Origin: Polyangiaceae bacterium
GTDB lineage: Bacteria; Myxococcota_A; Polyangia; Polyangiales; Polyangiaceae
Length of the DNA: 64,000 bases
NCBI GenBank assembly: GCA_035063585.1
Contig: JAPSGB010000018.1
Coordinates: forward strand, 21,517 to 85,516
Direction of reading: 5' to 3'
Part shown: positions 7,831 through 18,157 of the stretch, piece after piece
How the letters are laid out: each line of letters starts with the position of its first letter
Numbering within the stretch: position 1 is the first letter of the stretch
The notes under the pieces: generated by a model
Told to the model about the DNA's origin: nothing
Seen by the model: the letters and a program-made list of their open reading frames with translations, nothing else
Databases searched by the model: none
Translations under genes and position numbers: made by a program

Positions 7831-10335
7831 ATGCTCGTGTCGTACCGCTGGCTGAGGGAGCTGCTCCCTTCGCTCGAGGCTCCCGTCGAGATCATCGCCG
7901 ACCGGCTCACCTCGGCCGGGCTGGAGGTCGAGTCGCGGGAGGAGCGGGGCGAGGCGGCCGATCGCGTGGTGGTCGCCGAGGTTCGCGAGGTGGCGCCACA
8001 CCCGAGCCGCTCCGGGCTGCGACTGGTGACGGTGGACCGCGGCGGCGTGGTGCAGCGCGTCGTGTGCGGCGCGCCGAACGTCCCCGGGCCGGGCGGGCGC
8101 GTCGTGCTCGCGCCGCTCGGAGCCACGCTGCCGGCGGTCGGGCTCACCATGGCGCCACGCGAGATCGGCGGGGTGCTGAGCGAGGGCATGCTCTGCAGCG
8201 AGGTCGAGCTGGGGCTCGCCGACGAGTCGGACGGGCTGCTGCTCCTGCCGGCCACCGCGGGCGCCCCCGGGGACCTGCTCTCTCGAGCGCTGCCCGAGTC
8301 GCGCGACACCATCCTCGGCCTCGGCGTGACGCCGAATCGGCCCGACGCCCTCGGGCACGTCGGGGTCGCGCGCGAGCTCGCCGCGCTCCTCGGTCTCGAC
8401 TTCGCCTTTCCCGCGCCGGGCCGACCCAAGCAGCAGGCGGAGGGCGTGCTCTCCGAGTTGGTGCGGGTCGAGATCGAAGATGGGGAGCGCTGTCCGGAGT
8501 ACGACGCCGGCGCGGTGCTCGGCGTGACGGTCGCGCCCTCCCCGGCCTGGCTGCGCTGGCGGCTCCACGCGCTCGGCGTGCGGCCCATCTCGAACGTGGT
8601 GGACGTCACGAATTGGGTCCTGCTCGGCTTCGGTCAGCCGATGCACGCCTTCGACCTCGATCGGCTCCGGGGCAGCCAGCTCGCGGTGCGACGCGCGCGG
8701 CAGGGCGAGCCATTCACCACGCTCGACGGCGTCGAGCGCGTCCTCGACGCGGACGATCTCTTGATCGTCGACGGCGAGGGACCGGTCGCGCTCGCAGGCG
8801 TGATGGGCGGGCTCGACAGCGAGATCAAGCCGCACACCCGGCGAGTGCTGCTCGAGTCGGCCTACTTTACCCCGCGCGGGGTCCGGCGGACCTCACGCCG
8901 CCACTCGCTCAAGACGGAGGCGAGCTTCCGCTTCGAGCGCGGCGTCGACTGGGGCGCGACCGCGACGGTGCTCGAGCACGCGAAGGTGCTGCTCTCGGAG
9001 CTCGCCGGTGGCGCGGTCGTCGCGGGCACGCTCCGGGTGGAGGCGCGCGCGCTCCAGCGGCCGCGCATGCGGCTCCGCTCCAAGCGGCTCGACGCGCTGC
9101 TCGGGGCCCACGTGCCGTTCGAGGAGGCGACCCGCACGCTCGCGCGGCTGGGGCTCGAGGTCGGCGCCCCCGAAGGCGCGCGCGGAGACGAGGCGGTCGA
9201 GGTGACGGGCGCCTCCTGGCGTCCGGATCTCGAGCGGGAGGTCGACCTCATCGAAGAGGTAGCGCGCGTGCGGGGGCTCGACGCCATCCCGACCGTGCTA
9301 CCGGCCATTCAGCCACAGACACCGCGCACCGCCGGCAAGCTCGAGCGCGCGGTGGCGGAGCTCGCTCGCGACTTGGGCCTCGATGAGGCGCTCACTTACG
9401 CGTTCGTGTCGCCACGCGAGCTCGCTATGCTCCACGCTCCGGAGCCGGTGGTCACGCTCATGAATCCGCTCACCGACGAGCGCAGCGTGATGCGGACGAG
9501 CCTGTTGCCGGGCCTGCTCGAGGCGCTTCGCCACGCGCGACGTTACGGCGAGCGGAGCGTGCGCTTGTACAGCGTCGGCGCTCGCTTCCTGCACCCGGAC
9601 GGCGCTGCGCAGAGCTCGAGCGGCGCGGCCGCACGCCCTCGCCTCGCCGCGGATCAGGGCGTTCTGCCCGAGGAGCGGCCGTCGTTCGCCGCGGTGCTCG
9701 CGGGAGCGCGCCCAGGCTACCTCGCGGCCAACCCGGAGGAGCACGACATCTACGACGCCAAGGGGCTCGCCTGCGCGCTCGTCGAGCGGTTGATCGGGCG
9801 TCCCGTCTCGGTTCGTCGCGTGAAGGAGTTGGACCACGCGGCGCACCTGCACCCGCGTGGGGCGGCCGAGCTCTTCGTCGATGAGGTCCGGGTCGGCACC
9901 TTCGGCCCGCTCCACCCGGACGTGGTCGACGCGCTCGACCTCGACGGGACGGCGCAGACGATCGAGCTCGATCTCGCCGCGCTCGAAGCGCTCGGCAAGC
10001 GAGTGCCGCGCTACCGCCCGGTTCCGCGCCTCCCTGCCGTGTCTCGTGACCTCGCGTTGGTGGTGAGCGACGACGTCCCGGCCGGTGACGTCGAGGAGCT
10101 GATCCGAGGTGAGGCGGGCGAGCTCTGCGAGTCGGTGCGACTGTTCGACGTGTTCCGCGGCGGGGCGCTGCCGCCGGAGCACCGCTCGCTCGCGTTCCGC
10201 GTCATCTACCGCGATCCACGCGCGGCGACGGCGCCGGACGCCGCCCGCGCGCTGACGGACAAGGAAGTCGACGAGCGCCACGCGCGCGTGGTGAAGGTGG
10301 CAGCCGAGCGGCTCGGCGCCGCGCTCAGAGGGTAG
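7831..10335 (+). CDS. pheT: Phenylalanine--tRNA ligase beta subunit
   Basis: MLVSYRWLRE, VVCGAPNV, SEGMLCS, TPNRPD, GQPMHAFD, RFERGVD, RPDLEREVDLIEEVAR, C-terminal FDX-ACB (RDLA, LFDVF, RSLAFR). Confidence 0.97.
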   Translation: MLVSYRWLRELLPSLEAPVEIIADRLTSAGLEVESREERGEAADRVVVAEVREVAPHPSRSGLRLVTVDRGGVVQRVVCGAPNVPGPGGRVVLAPLGATLPAVGLTMAPREIGGVLSEGMLCSEVELGLADESDGLLLLPATAGAPGDLLSRALPESRDTILGLGVTPNRPDALGHVGVARELAALLGLDFAFPAPGRPKQQAEGVLSELVRVEIEDGERCPEYDAGAVLGVTVAPSPAWLRWRLHALGVRPISNVVDVTNWVLLGFGQPMHAFDLDRLRGSQLAVRRARQGEPFTTLDGVERVLDADDLLIVDGEGPVALAGVMGGLDSEIKPHTRRVLLESAYFTPRGVRRTSRRHSLKTEASFRFERGVDWGATATVLEHAKVLLSELAGGAVVAGTLRVEARALQRPRMRLRSKRLDALLGAHVPFEEATRTLARLGLEVGAPEGARGDEAVEVTGASWRPDLEREVDLIEEVARVRGLDAIPTVLPAIQPQTPRTAGKLERAVAELARDLGLDEALTYAFVSPRELAMLHAPEPVVTLMNPLTDERSVMRTSLLPGLLEALRHARRYGERSVRLYSVGARFLHPDGAAQSSSGAAARPRLAADQGVLPEERPSFAAVLAGARPGYLAANPEEHDIYDAKGLACALVERLIGRPVSVRRVKELDHAAHLHPRGAAELFVDEVRVGTFGPLHPDVVDALDLDGTAQTIELDLAALEALGKRVPRYRPVPRLPAVSRDLALVVSDDVPAGDVEELIRGEAGELCESVRLFDVFRGGALPPEHRSLAFRVIYRDPRAATAPDAARALTDKEVDERHARVVKVAAERLGAALRG

Positions 10336-10336
10336 C

Positions 10337-11164
10337 GTGAGACGTCACACGGGGGTCCCGATCATCATCGCGCTCGCGCTCGGCGCGGGACACGCGCTCG
10401 GCGCCGAGCCGAGCGAAAGCAGCGGCGAGCCCGCGACCCGGACCTACGCCGAGCCTCCGCCCCTCCACGAGGACGGCGAACGCGCCCCTGCGCCGCCGCC
10501 CCCGCGCGCGGACTCGCAGGAGCCGCGCCCGTTCCTCGAGGCGCCACGCGCCGGCAGGCGTGAGCGGAGGCTCGACTTTGGTCCGGACTTCGGGCTGGCG
10601 CTCCGCCCCCCCGAGGGCGACGCCGCGAGCTACGCGCCGGGCGTCGCGTGGGGGCTTCACGCTCGAATCGAGGGGACGTCGTGGCTCGCGCTGCGGCTCT
10701 CCTTTGCGAACTGCCGTCACGCGGTGACCGTGACGCGCGGCGCGCTCCGCCTGCCAGACTCCACGCTGGAGCAGTCGGCCCTCCAGGCCACCTTACTCAC
10801 CGCGCGCCTCGAGCCCACCTGGGTGCTGACGCCCGAGGTGCGGCTGTTCGCCGGCGTCGGCGCAGGCTGGGCGCGGGTCGTGGCCGAACGAGCGACCAGC
10901 ACCGGCGCGCTCCGCGTGGAGACGAGCGAGCGCGCGGGGGTCGGGCTCGAGTTCTCCGGCGCGCTCGGCGCGATCATCGACGTCGTGCCCGACTGGCTCG
11001 CCGCGACGCTGGCGCTCTCGGGCGCCACCGTCACGAACCAGTCGGGCTCACTCTTCAGCGACTCGGCGGGGTTCGACTCGCAAGGCAAGTCGCTCACGGT
11101 CGGCGGTTTGCCAAAGTTCTCGGCCTCGTACTCTGCGCTGCTCGGGCTCGGCGTCGTCCTCTAG
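10337..11164 (+). CDS. Hypothetical secreted protein, probable outer-membrane beta-barrel
   Basis: Signal peptide, Pro-rich linker, alternating amphipathic strands, C-terminal [12 protein letters not shown]. Confidence 0.5.
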   Translation: MRRHTGVPIIIALALGAGHALGAEPSESSGEPATRTYAEPPPLHEDGERAPAPPPPRADSQEPRPFLEAPRAGRRERRLDFGPDFGLALRPPEGDAASYAPGVAWGLHARIEGTSWLALRLSFANCRHAVTVTRGALRLPDSTLEQSALQATLLTARLEPTWVLTPEVRLFAGVGAGWARVVAERATSTGALRVETSERAGVGLEFSGALGAIIDVVPDWLAATLALSGATVTNQSGSLFSDSAGFDSQGKSLTVGGLPKFSASYSALLGLGVVL

Positions 11165-12756
11165 GGCTTCGGCGCGGCGCCCAGGATCTCCGCAGACGCC
11201 TGCGACCGGTACGCCTCGAAGTTCTTCACGAACTGCGCGGCGAGCGCCTTCGCCTGGCGATCATAGGCGTCCTTGTCCTTCCAGGTGTTGCGGGGCTGCA
11301 GCACCTCGGACGGGACTCCGGGGACCTCGGACGGAATGCCGACACCGAAGATCGGGTCCGGCGTCACGGACACGTCAGTCAGCTTGCCGGCGAGCGCGGC
11401 GGCGACCATCGCGCGCGTGTAGGCGATCTTCATGCGCGACCCCACGCCGTACGGCCCGCCCGTCCACCCGGTGTTCACCAGCCAGACCGCTGCCTTGTGC
11501 TTCTCGATCTTCTCGCCGAGCATCTTCGCGTACGCGGTCGGGTGCATGGGGAGGAACGGCGCACCGAAGCAAGCGCTGAAGGTGGCCTGAGGCTCGGTGA
11601 CGCCGCGCTCGGTGCCGGCCACCTTCGCGGTGTAGCCGCTGATGAAGTGGTACATCGCCTGCGCCGGCGTGAGCCGTGCGATGGGCGGGAGCACACCGTA
11701 GGCGTCCGCGGTCAGCATGATGACCGTCTTCGGGTGCCCGGTGATTCCGGTCGGCGAAGCGTTTCGGATCCGATCGAGCTGGTAGCCGGCGCGGGTGTTC
11801 TCGGTAAGCGCGTCGCTGTCGAGATCGAGCGCGCCGGTGTCCGGATCCATCACGACGTTCTCGAGCACGGTACCGAACGAGTGAACGGCAACCCAGATAT
11901 CCGGCTCCGCCTCCTGGGAGAGGCGGATGGTCTTCGCGTAGCAGCCTCCCTCGAAGTTGAACGCGCCCTCATCCGACCAGCCGTGCTCGTCGTCACCGAT
12001 GAGGGTACGAGCCGGATCGGCCGAGAGCGTGGTCTTGCCGGTGCCCGAGAGCCCGAAGAACACCGCCGGATCCCCGTGCTCACCGACGTTCACCGAGGCG
12101 TGCATCGGGAGGATGCCGCGGAGCGGGAGGAGGTAGTTCAGGACCGAGAAGACGCTCTTCTTGATCTCGCCCGCGTACCGGGTGCCGCCGATGAGCACGA
12201 TCTTCTTGGCGTAGTTCACGATGACGAACGCGCCGCTGTTGGTCCCGTCCGTCGCCGGATCCGCCTGGAACTCCGGCGCGTGGAGCACGGTGAATTCCGG
12301 AACCGCTTTCGAGCGCTCCTCGGTGGTCGGCCGGATGAACATGGTGCGCGCGAAGAGCACGTGCCATGCGCTGGTGCTGATGACGCGGATGGGCAGCCCG
12401 CTCGCCGCGCCTGCGCGCGCCTCCTGGACGAACAGGTCACGTCCTTGGAGATACGCCGTGACGCGCGCGTAGAGGCGCTCGAAGGCGGCCGGCTCGAAGG
12501 GCTTGTTGACCTTGCCCCAGTCGATGTGGCCCTCGCTCGAGGGCTCCCTGACGATGAACTTGTCGTTCGGAGAGCGCCCCGTATGCTTGCCCGTGGTCAC
12601 CACCAGCGCACCGTCGGCGCTGAGCCGCCCTTCTCCGCGCCGTACGGCCTCCTCGATGAGCGAGGGCACCGTAAGGTTCCAGTAGACCCTCTTCGCGTTG
12701 GTGATCCCGCTCTTCTCGATGCCGTACTCGCTGCGACCCAGTCCCAGATGCTCCAT
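11161..12756 (-). CDS. pckA: Phosphoenolpyruvate carboxykinase (ATP)
   Basis: [57 protein letters not shown]. Confidence 0.98.
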   Translation of the reverse strand: MEHLGLGRSEYGIEKSGITNAKRVYWNLTVPSLIEEAVRRGEGRLSADGALVVTTGKHTGRSPNDKFIVREPSSEGHIDWGKVNKPFEPAAFERLYARVTAYLQGRDLFVQEARAGAASGLPIRVISTSAWHVLFARTMFIRPTTEERSKAVPEFTVLHAPEFQADPATDGTNSGAFVIVNYAKKIVLIGGTRYAGEIKKSVFSVLNYLLPLRGILPMHASVNVGEHGDPAVFFGLSGTGKTTLSADPARTLIGDDEHGWSDEGAFNFEGGCYAKTIRLSQEAEPDIWVAVHSFGTVLENVVMDPDTGALDLDSDALTENTRAGYQLDRIRNASPTGITGHPKTVIMLTADAYGVLPPIARLTPAQAMYHFISGYTAKVAGTERGVTEPQATFSACFGAPFLPMHPTAYAKMLGEKIEKHKAAVWLVNTGWTGGPYGVGSRMKIAYTRAMVAAALAGKLTDVSVTPDPIFGVGIPSEVPGVPSEVLQPRNTWKDKDAYDRQAKALAAQFVKNFEAYRSQASAEILGAAPKP

Positions 12757-12852
12757 CGATGACCTCCGTCAGAAGGCCAGCCCGTGCGCTGGCAAGGCGT
12801 CGCCAGGCCTCGAGCCTGGCACTGAGCGGATGCTCAGTAGGGCGGTGCGGCG

Positions 12853-13149
12853 ATGACCATTTCGCGCGCCGCCTTGGCGTGCTTCCTCCTACTTCCGGTC
12901 GGATGTTCGCGCAAGGCCCCGGGGCCCGATGACTGCCACGCGTTCGCGCGTCGGGTCTACCAGATCACCGACCGGCGCGCGCTCGCCGACCCGCGGGTGC
13001 TCGGGGCGGTGAGCGACCTCACCACCAAGTGCCTCGTCACGCCCTTCGATCGAGCGCTCCTTCGCTGCGTGGACGAGGGCGCCTCCCTGGACGACTGCCT
13101 CGCCGAGTTCGAGGTCCGTCGAGCGCGCGCCGTCGAACCGCCGCGTTAG
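12853..13149 (+). CDS. Small Cys-rich putative lipoprotein
   Basis: Lipobox-like LPVG-C; mature part has four further Cys. Confidence 0.5.
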   Translation: MTISRAALACFLLLPVGCSRKAPGPDDCHAFARRVYQITDRRALADPRVLGAVSDLTTKCLVTPFDRALLRCVDEGASLDDCLAEFEVRRARAVEPPR

Positions 13150-14735
13150 ATCGCCGAGCGCAGCGCGCGCAGCACGGACTCCGCCGCGCCGGCCGCGGCC
13201 TCCGGCGCGAGCGCAGCGACGCGCGCGCGCACACGAGGACTGCGAAAAGGCGGCTCGGTCTCGAGACGAAGCCGAACCGGACCCGTCGCCGAACCCTCCA
13301 GCGAGAAGACGACCTCTTCGCCGTCGGCGGACCGACGCTCGCGGACGATCTCGAGCCCGCCGAGCTCACGGCGACTGGCCAGGGCGTCGCACAGGCTCGC
13401 GAGCCGTGCGCGACTCTCGCGCCCCCAAGCGAGGCGGCGGCGCGTATCCTCCGCGCGGGGCCAGAGCTCTACCGGATCGTCGTCGACCGCGAGCACCTCG
13501 AGCGCCCACGCGGCGAGCGCCGACACGTCGTCGTCGTCCTCGGCGGCCTCGGCGAAGAGCGCGACCCGCCCCGTGAGCCCGATCGGCGCGCCGGGCGAAC
13601 GACGGTGACGCAGCACGAGCGCGACTGGCCGACCAGCCCTCACGTACTCGAAGCGGGCGCTCGCCTCGCCGGGCCGCCACCGCGCGCCCGTGAGTAGGTG
13701 GTCTGATGGCGGTGCGGCGCGGGAGAGGCGCGTCAAGCGCGGCGCTTCGAGCAGCGTGAAGAGGCGCGGCGCGTTCCGCGCGCTCCGGAGCTGCTCGGCA
13801 GGCACGCTCACGAGCTCGTCCGTGCCGAATTTCTCCGCGTACTCGACGAAGACGCCGGTGCAAATCGGGTCGAAGACGCAGCTCGCGCAGGTCGCCGGCT
13901 TCAGCTTGTGCTCGGTCTTGCGCGCGTACTTGTCGTGGCCGCTCGGCGCGAGGCCGCCGAGGTTCGCCGAGACGACCGTGGTCTCTTCACCCGCGTGGTG
14001 GATGCGGTGCGCCCACTCGGGCATCACGCAGAAGGGGAGGTTGCCGAGGTTGACGTCGTAGTCCGCTCCGAGCCGGCGCTCGAACTCCGCGAGCATCCGC
14101 GCGAGGTGTGGCGCCTCCTCGGAGTAACGGACCAGGATGGTCCCGAGATGACCCGGTGGCCGGTTGCCGATCTCGAGCGGGTTGATTTGGTCGAGGTGCA
14201 CCTCGGAGATCCCGTATCGCTCGGCGAGCTCGGGATACCCGGACACGCTCTCGTAGCTCAGCACGTTCAGGCAGGCGTTGGCGGTGATCTTCTGACCCAG
14301 CGCGCGCATCTCCTCGAGCCCGCCGAGGATACGGTCGAACGCGCCCGGACGGCCCGTGACGCGATCGTGGGTCGCGCGATCGCCGCCCTGAATCGACACT
14401 CGAAAGGTGAGCGGCCCCCCCGCGCAGAGTGACGCGAGATAACCCGGCTGGTGCGTGCGGACCCCATTGGTGAAGACCACAATCTCCTGGTAGCCGAGCT
14501 CGCGGGCGCGCTCGAGGAGCCGCGGAAACTCGCGCTGCAAGGTCGGCTCGCCGCCGACGAACGTCACCTTGCGCGCGCCGGCGGCACGCGCGCTCTCGAG
14601 CTCCTCGAGGGCGCGCGTGGGAGCCTCCTGACCGGCGAGCCCGAAGCTCGTGATGAGGCCGCTCGAGCAGAAGACGCAGCGGTTGTTGCAGAGGTGACCG
14701 AGCTGGATCTCGATTTGCTCGATCCGGTCGGTCAC
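13146..14735 (-). CDS. Radical SAM protein (HxsC-like) with C-terminal extension
   Basis: CNNRCVFC, GGEPT, TNG, LPFC, then CASCVFDPICTGVFVEYAEKFGTDEL. Start GTG 14735 overlaps the upstream stop (GTGA). Confidence 0.88.
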   Translation of the reverse strand: MTDRIEQIEIQLGHLCNNRCVFCSSGLITSFGLAGQEAPTRALEELESARAAGARKVTFVGGEPTLQREFPRLLERARELGYQEIVVFTNGVRTHQPGYLASLCAGGPLTFRVSIQGGDRATHDRVTGRPGAFDRILGGLEEMRALGQKITANACLNVLSYESVSGYPELAERYGISEVHLDQINPLEIGNRPPGHLGTILVRYSEEAPHLARMLAEFERRLGADYDVNLGNLPFCVMPEWAHRIHHAGEETTVVSANLGGLAPSGHDKYARKTEHKLKPATCASCVFDPICTGVFVEYAEKFGTDELVSVPAEQLRSARNAPRLFTLLEAPRLTRLSRAAPPSDHLLTGARWRPGEASARFEYVRAGRPVALVLRHRRSPGAPIGLTGRVALFAEAAEDDDDVSALAAWALEVLAVDDDPVELWPRAEDTRRRLAWGRESRARLASLCDALASRRELGGLEIVRERRSADGEEVVFSLEGSATGPVRLRLETEPPFRSPRVRARVAALAPEAAAGAAESVLRALRSAI

Positions 14736-16405
14736 GGCTCGCCCTTGATGGGGCGAAGCGTTCGATAGCCAAACTGCCGGACGTAATTGATGTGCACCCC
14801 GTCGCACGCATCATAGAGGCGGCACTCGCGGCAGCGATCGCTCTTGGTCAGGTAACGCTCGAAGTAGAAGTGCTGCGCGTGCGCCGGGACGTCCTCGACC
14901 TCGCGGAGGAGCGTCTCGTCGACGAAGGTACGGGCCCGCGCGGACTCGCGCCGCCCCGACAAACAAGCGGGGATGTTGGTGAGGTGGGCTTCGGCGAGCG
15001 GCAGGGCGCGAAATACGCGATCGAGCTCGACCTGGCCGCGCCGGGCCGCCTCGAGCCGGAGGAAGACCTGTGGAAAGACGCCCAGCGCGGCGCCTCTCGC
15101 GATCACCCAGTCGTGGTGCGCCTCGAGCCAGCGCACCGTGTCCACGTTGAGCTCGACCTCGATCGGGTTCGGGAGCGCGGCGACCGCCTCGAGCGCCTCG
15201 GCGGAGCCCACCACCAACCCGACCTCGGCGGGCACGGAGTCGACCCCAGCGAGCGAGTCGAGCTGAAGCGAGCGAGGACGCTTCGCGTGCTCGGCGAGGA
15301 CGGGCGCCGCGCTCGCGGCATCCGGAGCAGCGACACGGATTGGTGCCTCCGGCTGGCGCGCGAGAGCGTCTGCGAAGCTCGGCGCGACCGAACGGCGCGC
15401 GTCGAGCGCGAACCCGTCGAAGCGCGCAGCGGTCCGCGTCTCGCGATGAGCCATCAAGTGCGTACAGAACGGCCGGTAGGCGCAGTAGGCGCAGCGTTCC
15501 CCCCAGCACTTGACCGCGCCCCCGCGCTTGTACGGCTCGTGACGATCGGGGCGACGCCAGTCGATTTCGGCGAGCTCGAGCGCCCAGCCGACCGGCTCGG
15601 GGATGTGCTCCTCGAAGTCCTCGAAGAAGTTGTCCGGAAACTTCTTGAATTCCACTGGGAACTCGAGCTCGCGCGCGACGTGGAGCGCGTCGCGCACGGC
15701 CTGCCGCCCGAGCTCCGTCTCGTAGTAGATACTGTTGCGCGACCGCTCCCAGTCACGGTCGTTGGGGACGAGCTGGAGAAAGGTGGCCGAGCGCGCGCCG
15801 AGCGTGTGGTACGCGCGAACCATCGGAGCGAGCTGTTCAAAGTTCTTACGAGTGACCACCACGTTCATGCGAAACGGACACCCGAGCGCGCGGACGTTGG
15901 CGATCCCCTTCACGACCTGCTGATACGCACCCTTCACGCCTACGAGCGCGTCGTGCGTCTTCTCGTCGTGCGAGTTCAAGCTGAAGATCACCTCGCTCAG
16001 ACCCGCGCGCACGCTCTTTCGGGCGAACTCCTCATAGAAGAACATTCGGCCGTTGGTGATGGTGATGATCTGGTCGTAGCCGAGCGTTCGGCCGAGGTGG
16101 ACGAAGCGGATGAAGTCGGGGTGGATGGTGGGCTCGCCCCCGCTCAGGAAGAGGCGCTTGAGCCCCTTCGCCGCACCCTCTCGGATCTTGGCGTAGACCC
16201 GCTCCGCTTCCATGTGCGTTCCGTTCCAAAACACGGTGTCGCAGCAGAACGAGCAAATGTTGTTGCAGGTCCGTGTGAGCTTCAAGAAGACCTGATCTTC
16301 GCTGAGGAACAGGAAGAGGAGATCCTCGTCCTCGTGCGGGTCACGGTCCTTCAGCACCGGGAGGGGGCTTCGCGGATACCGCTCACGCTCGACGGGAGCG
16401 CTCAT
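14732..16405 (-). CDS. Radical SAM protein with two auxiliary Cys clusters (paralog 1 of 3)
   Basis: CNNICSFC, SGGEPTIHP, ITNGRMF; internal CWGERCAYCAYRPFC; C-terminal TKSDRCRECRLYDACDGVHINY. Confidence 0.9.
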   Translation of the reverse strand: MSAPVERERYPRSPLPVLKDRDPHEDEDLLFLFLSEDQVFLKLTRTCNNICSFCCDTVFWNGTHMEAERVYAKIREGAAKGLKRLFLSGGEPTIHPDFIRFVHLGRTLGYDQIITITNGRMFFYEEFARKSVRAGLSEVIFSLNSHDEKTHDALVGVKGAYQQVVKGIANVRALGCPFRMNVVVTRKNFEQLAPMVRAYHTLGARSATFLQLVPNDRDWERSRNSIYYETELGRQAVRDALHVARELEFPVEFKKFPDNFFEDFEEHIPEPVGWALELAEIDWRRPDRHEPYKRGGAVKCWGERCAYCAYRPFCTHLMAHRETRTAARFDGFALDARRSVAPSFADALARQPEAPIRVAAPDAASAAPVLAEHAKRPRSLQLDSLAGVDSVPAEVGLVVGSAEALEAVAALPNPIEVELNVDTVRWLEAHHDWVIARGAALGVFPQVFLRLEAARRGQVELDRVFRALPLAEAHLTNIPACLSGRRESARARTFVDETLLREVEDVPAHAQHFYFERYLTKSDRCRECRLYDACDGVHINYVRQFGYRTLRPIKGEP

Positions 16406-16493
16406 GAGCTCCTTATACCACGCGCTGCCTCGCTGCCGAGGAGCGGCCGGGCGCTCCCCTGCGCGCGTGAGGAACCAAGCTATACTCGGGCGG

Positions 16494-18134
16494 ATGCGGA
16501 TCCTTGGGCTGCACGCCGGCGGTCACGACACCGGCGCCTGCGCCATCGACGCGGGCCGAATCCTGGCGATCGGGGAGGAGCGCCTCAGCCGCGTGAAGAA
16601 TGATGGCGCCTTCCCGGGGCGCGCGATCGAGCACGTGCTCGGCGGCGCGCCGCTCTCCTCCGTAGACCTGATCGTCCTCGACGTGTGCGACGGCCAGACG
16701 CGGAGGGCGCTCGGCGAGGTCCGCGCCCGCGGGTATGACGGGCCGCTCGAGGTGATCGATCACCACCTCGCGCACGCGGCGAGCGCGAGGTTCATGAGCG
16801 GCGCAGAGGAGGCAGCGATCCTGGTCGTCGACGCGGGCGGGACGCGACTCGACGAGTGGCCCGCCGAGTTTGCGCGCCCGGCGAGCTACCCTGCGCCGCC
16901 ACGCGCTCAGGCGGTGCAGTCGTTCTTCCGAGCCTCGGGGCCTGCCATCGAGACACTGCATCAGACCTTCACGCGACCCGGGCTGCGCCTCGGGATCGGC
17001 TGGCTGTGGGCCCTGACCACCATCCATCTCGGCTTCGGCCCGCTCGAGGCCGGCAAGACGATGGGGCTCGCCGCGCACGCGCCGCCCGGCAGCGACCAGC
17101 TCGACTGGGTCGCGCCCGGCGGCGATCTGCTCTTCGCGGGCGAGCTCGACGTCGCCGACGAGCGGACCTGGAGCGCCCACGCGGAGCGGCTGTTCATGGG
17201 CGTGCCGCGCCGGCAACGCGACGAGCCGCTCGATGAGCGCCACGCTCGACTCGCAGCGCGCCTGCAGCGCACGACGGAGGCGCTCCTCCTCACGCTCGCG
17301 CGGCAGCTCCACGACGCCACCCGAGCGCGGACGCTATGCCTGTCGGGCGGCGTCGCGCTCAACGTGCTCGCCAACCGTCGCCTCGCGGAGGACTCTCGCT
17401 TCGCAGAGGTCGTCGTGCAACCGGCGGCCAGCGACAGCGGGATCGCGCTCGGCTGCGCGCTCTACGGGGCGATGAGCCGAAAAGAAGCGCTCCCGGAGGC
17501 ACCAGAGCTCAGCTCGTACGCGCGGCCGCCGAGGCCGAGCGAGCTCCGGGCGGCGGCGGAGCGCGCGGCGCAGAGCGGGTTCTCGCTCAGCGAACCGAAG
17601 GACCTCTACGAAGACGTCGTGGAGCGGCTGGTGGGCGGACAGGTGATCGGCTGGTTCGACGGAGCGAGCGAGCTCGGTCCGCGCGCGCTCGGCCGACGGA
17701 GCCTGCTCGCCGATCCGCGCGACCCGGGCGCGAAGGACCGCGTGAACGCGCTCGTCAAGCACCGCGAGGCGTTTCGACCTTTTGCGCCGGTGGTCCTCGA
17801 AGAGCGCGCCGCCGAGCTCTTCGACCTCCACTTCCCGAGCCGAAACATGCTCTTCTCCGCCGCGGTGCTACCCGAAGCGCGCGGCCGAGTCCCCGCGATC
17901 ACGCACGTCGACGGGACGGCGCGGGTACAGACTGTCTCGCGCAGCTATCCGGGCCGGCTCCGCGCGCTTCTCGAGCGGTTCGACGCGCGCACGGGAGTGC
18001 CCGCCCTCCTCAACACCTCGCTCAACGGACCGGGCGAGCCCATCGCCGAGACGGCGGAGGACGCACTCGCCCTCTTCGCGCGCTCGGACATGCACGCGCT
18101 CGTGCTCGATGGGCTCGTGCTCGCGCGCGCCTGA
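16494..18134 (+). CDS. Carbamoyltransferase (NodU/CmcH/TobZ family)
   Basis: ILGLHAGGHD, EERLSRVKN, HHLAHAASA, GKTMGLA, SGGVALN, ELGPRALGRRS, KHREAFRPFAP, HVDGTARVQ, LNTSLN. Confidence 0.93.
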   Translation: MRILGLHAGGHDTGACAIDAGRILAIGEERLSRVKNDGAFPGRAIEHVLGGAPLSSVDLIVLDVCDGQTRRALGEVRARGYDGPLEVIDHHLAHAASARFMSGAEEAAILVVDAGGTRLDEWPAEFARPASYPAPPRAQAVQSFFRASGPAIETLHQTFTRPGLRLGIGWLWALTTIHLGFGPLEAGKTMGLAAHAPPGSDQLDWVAPGGDLLFAGELDVADERTWSAHAERLFMGVPRRQRDEPLDERHARLAARLQRTTEALLLTLARQLHDATRARTLCLSGGVALNVLANRRLAEDSRFAEVVVQPAASDSGIALGCALYGAMSRKEALPEAPELSSYARPPRPSELRAAAERAAQSGFSLSEPKDLYEDVVERLVGGQVIGWFDGASELGPRALGRRSLLADPRDPGAKDRVNALVKHREAFRPFAPVVLEERAAELFDLHFPSRNMLFSAAVLPEARGRVPAITHVDGTARVQTVSRSYPGRLRALLERFDARTGVPALLNTSLNGPGEPIAETAEDALALFARSDMHALVLDGLVLARA

Positions 18135-18157
18135 GCGCCGTGCGATAATCGCGGGCG

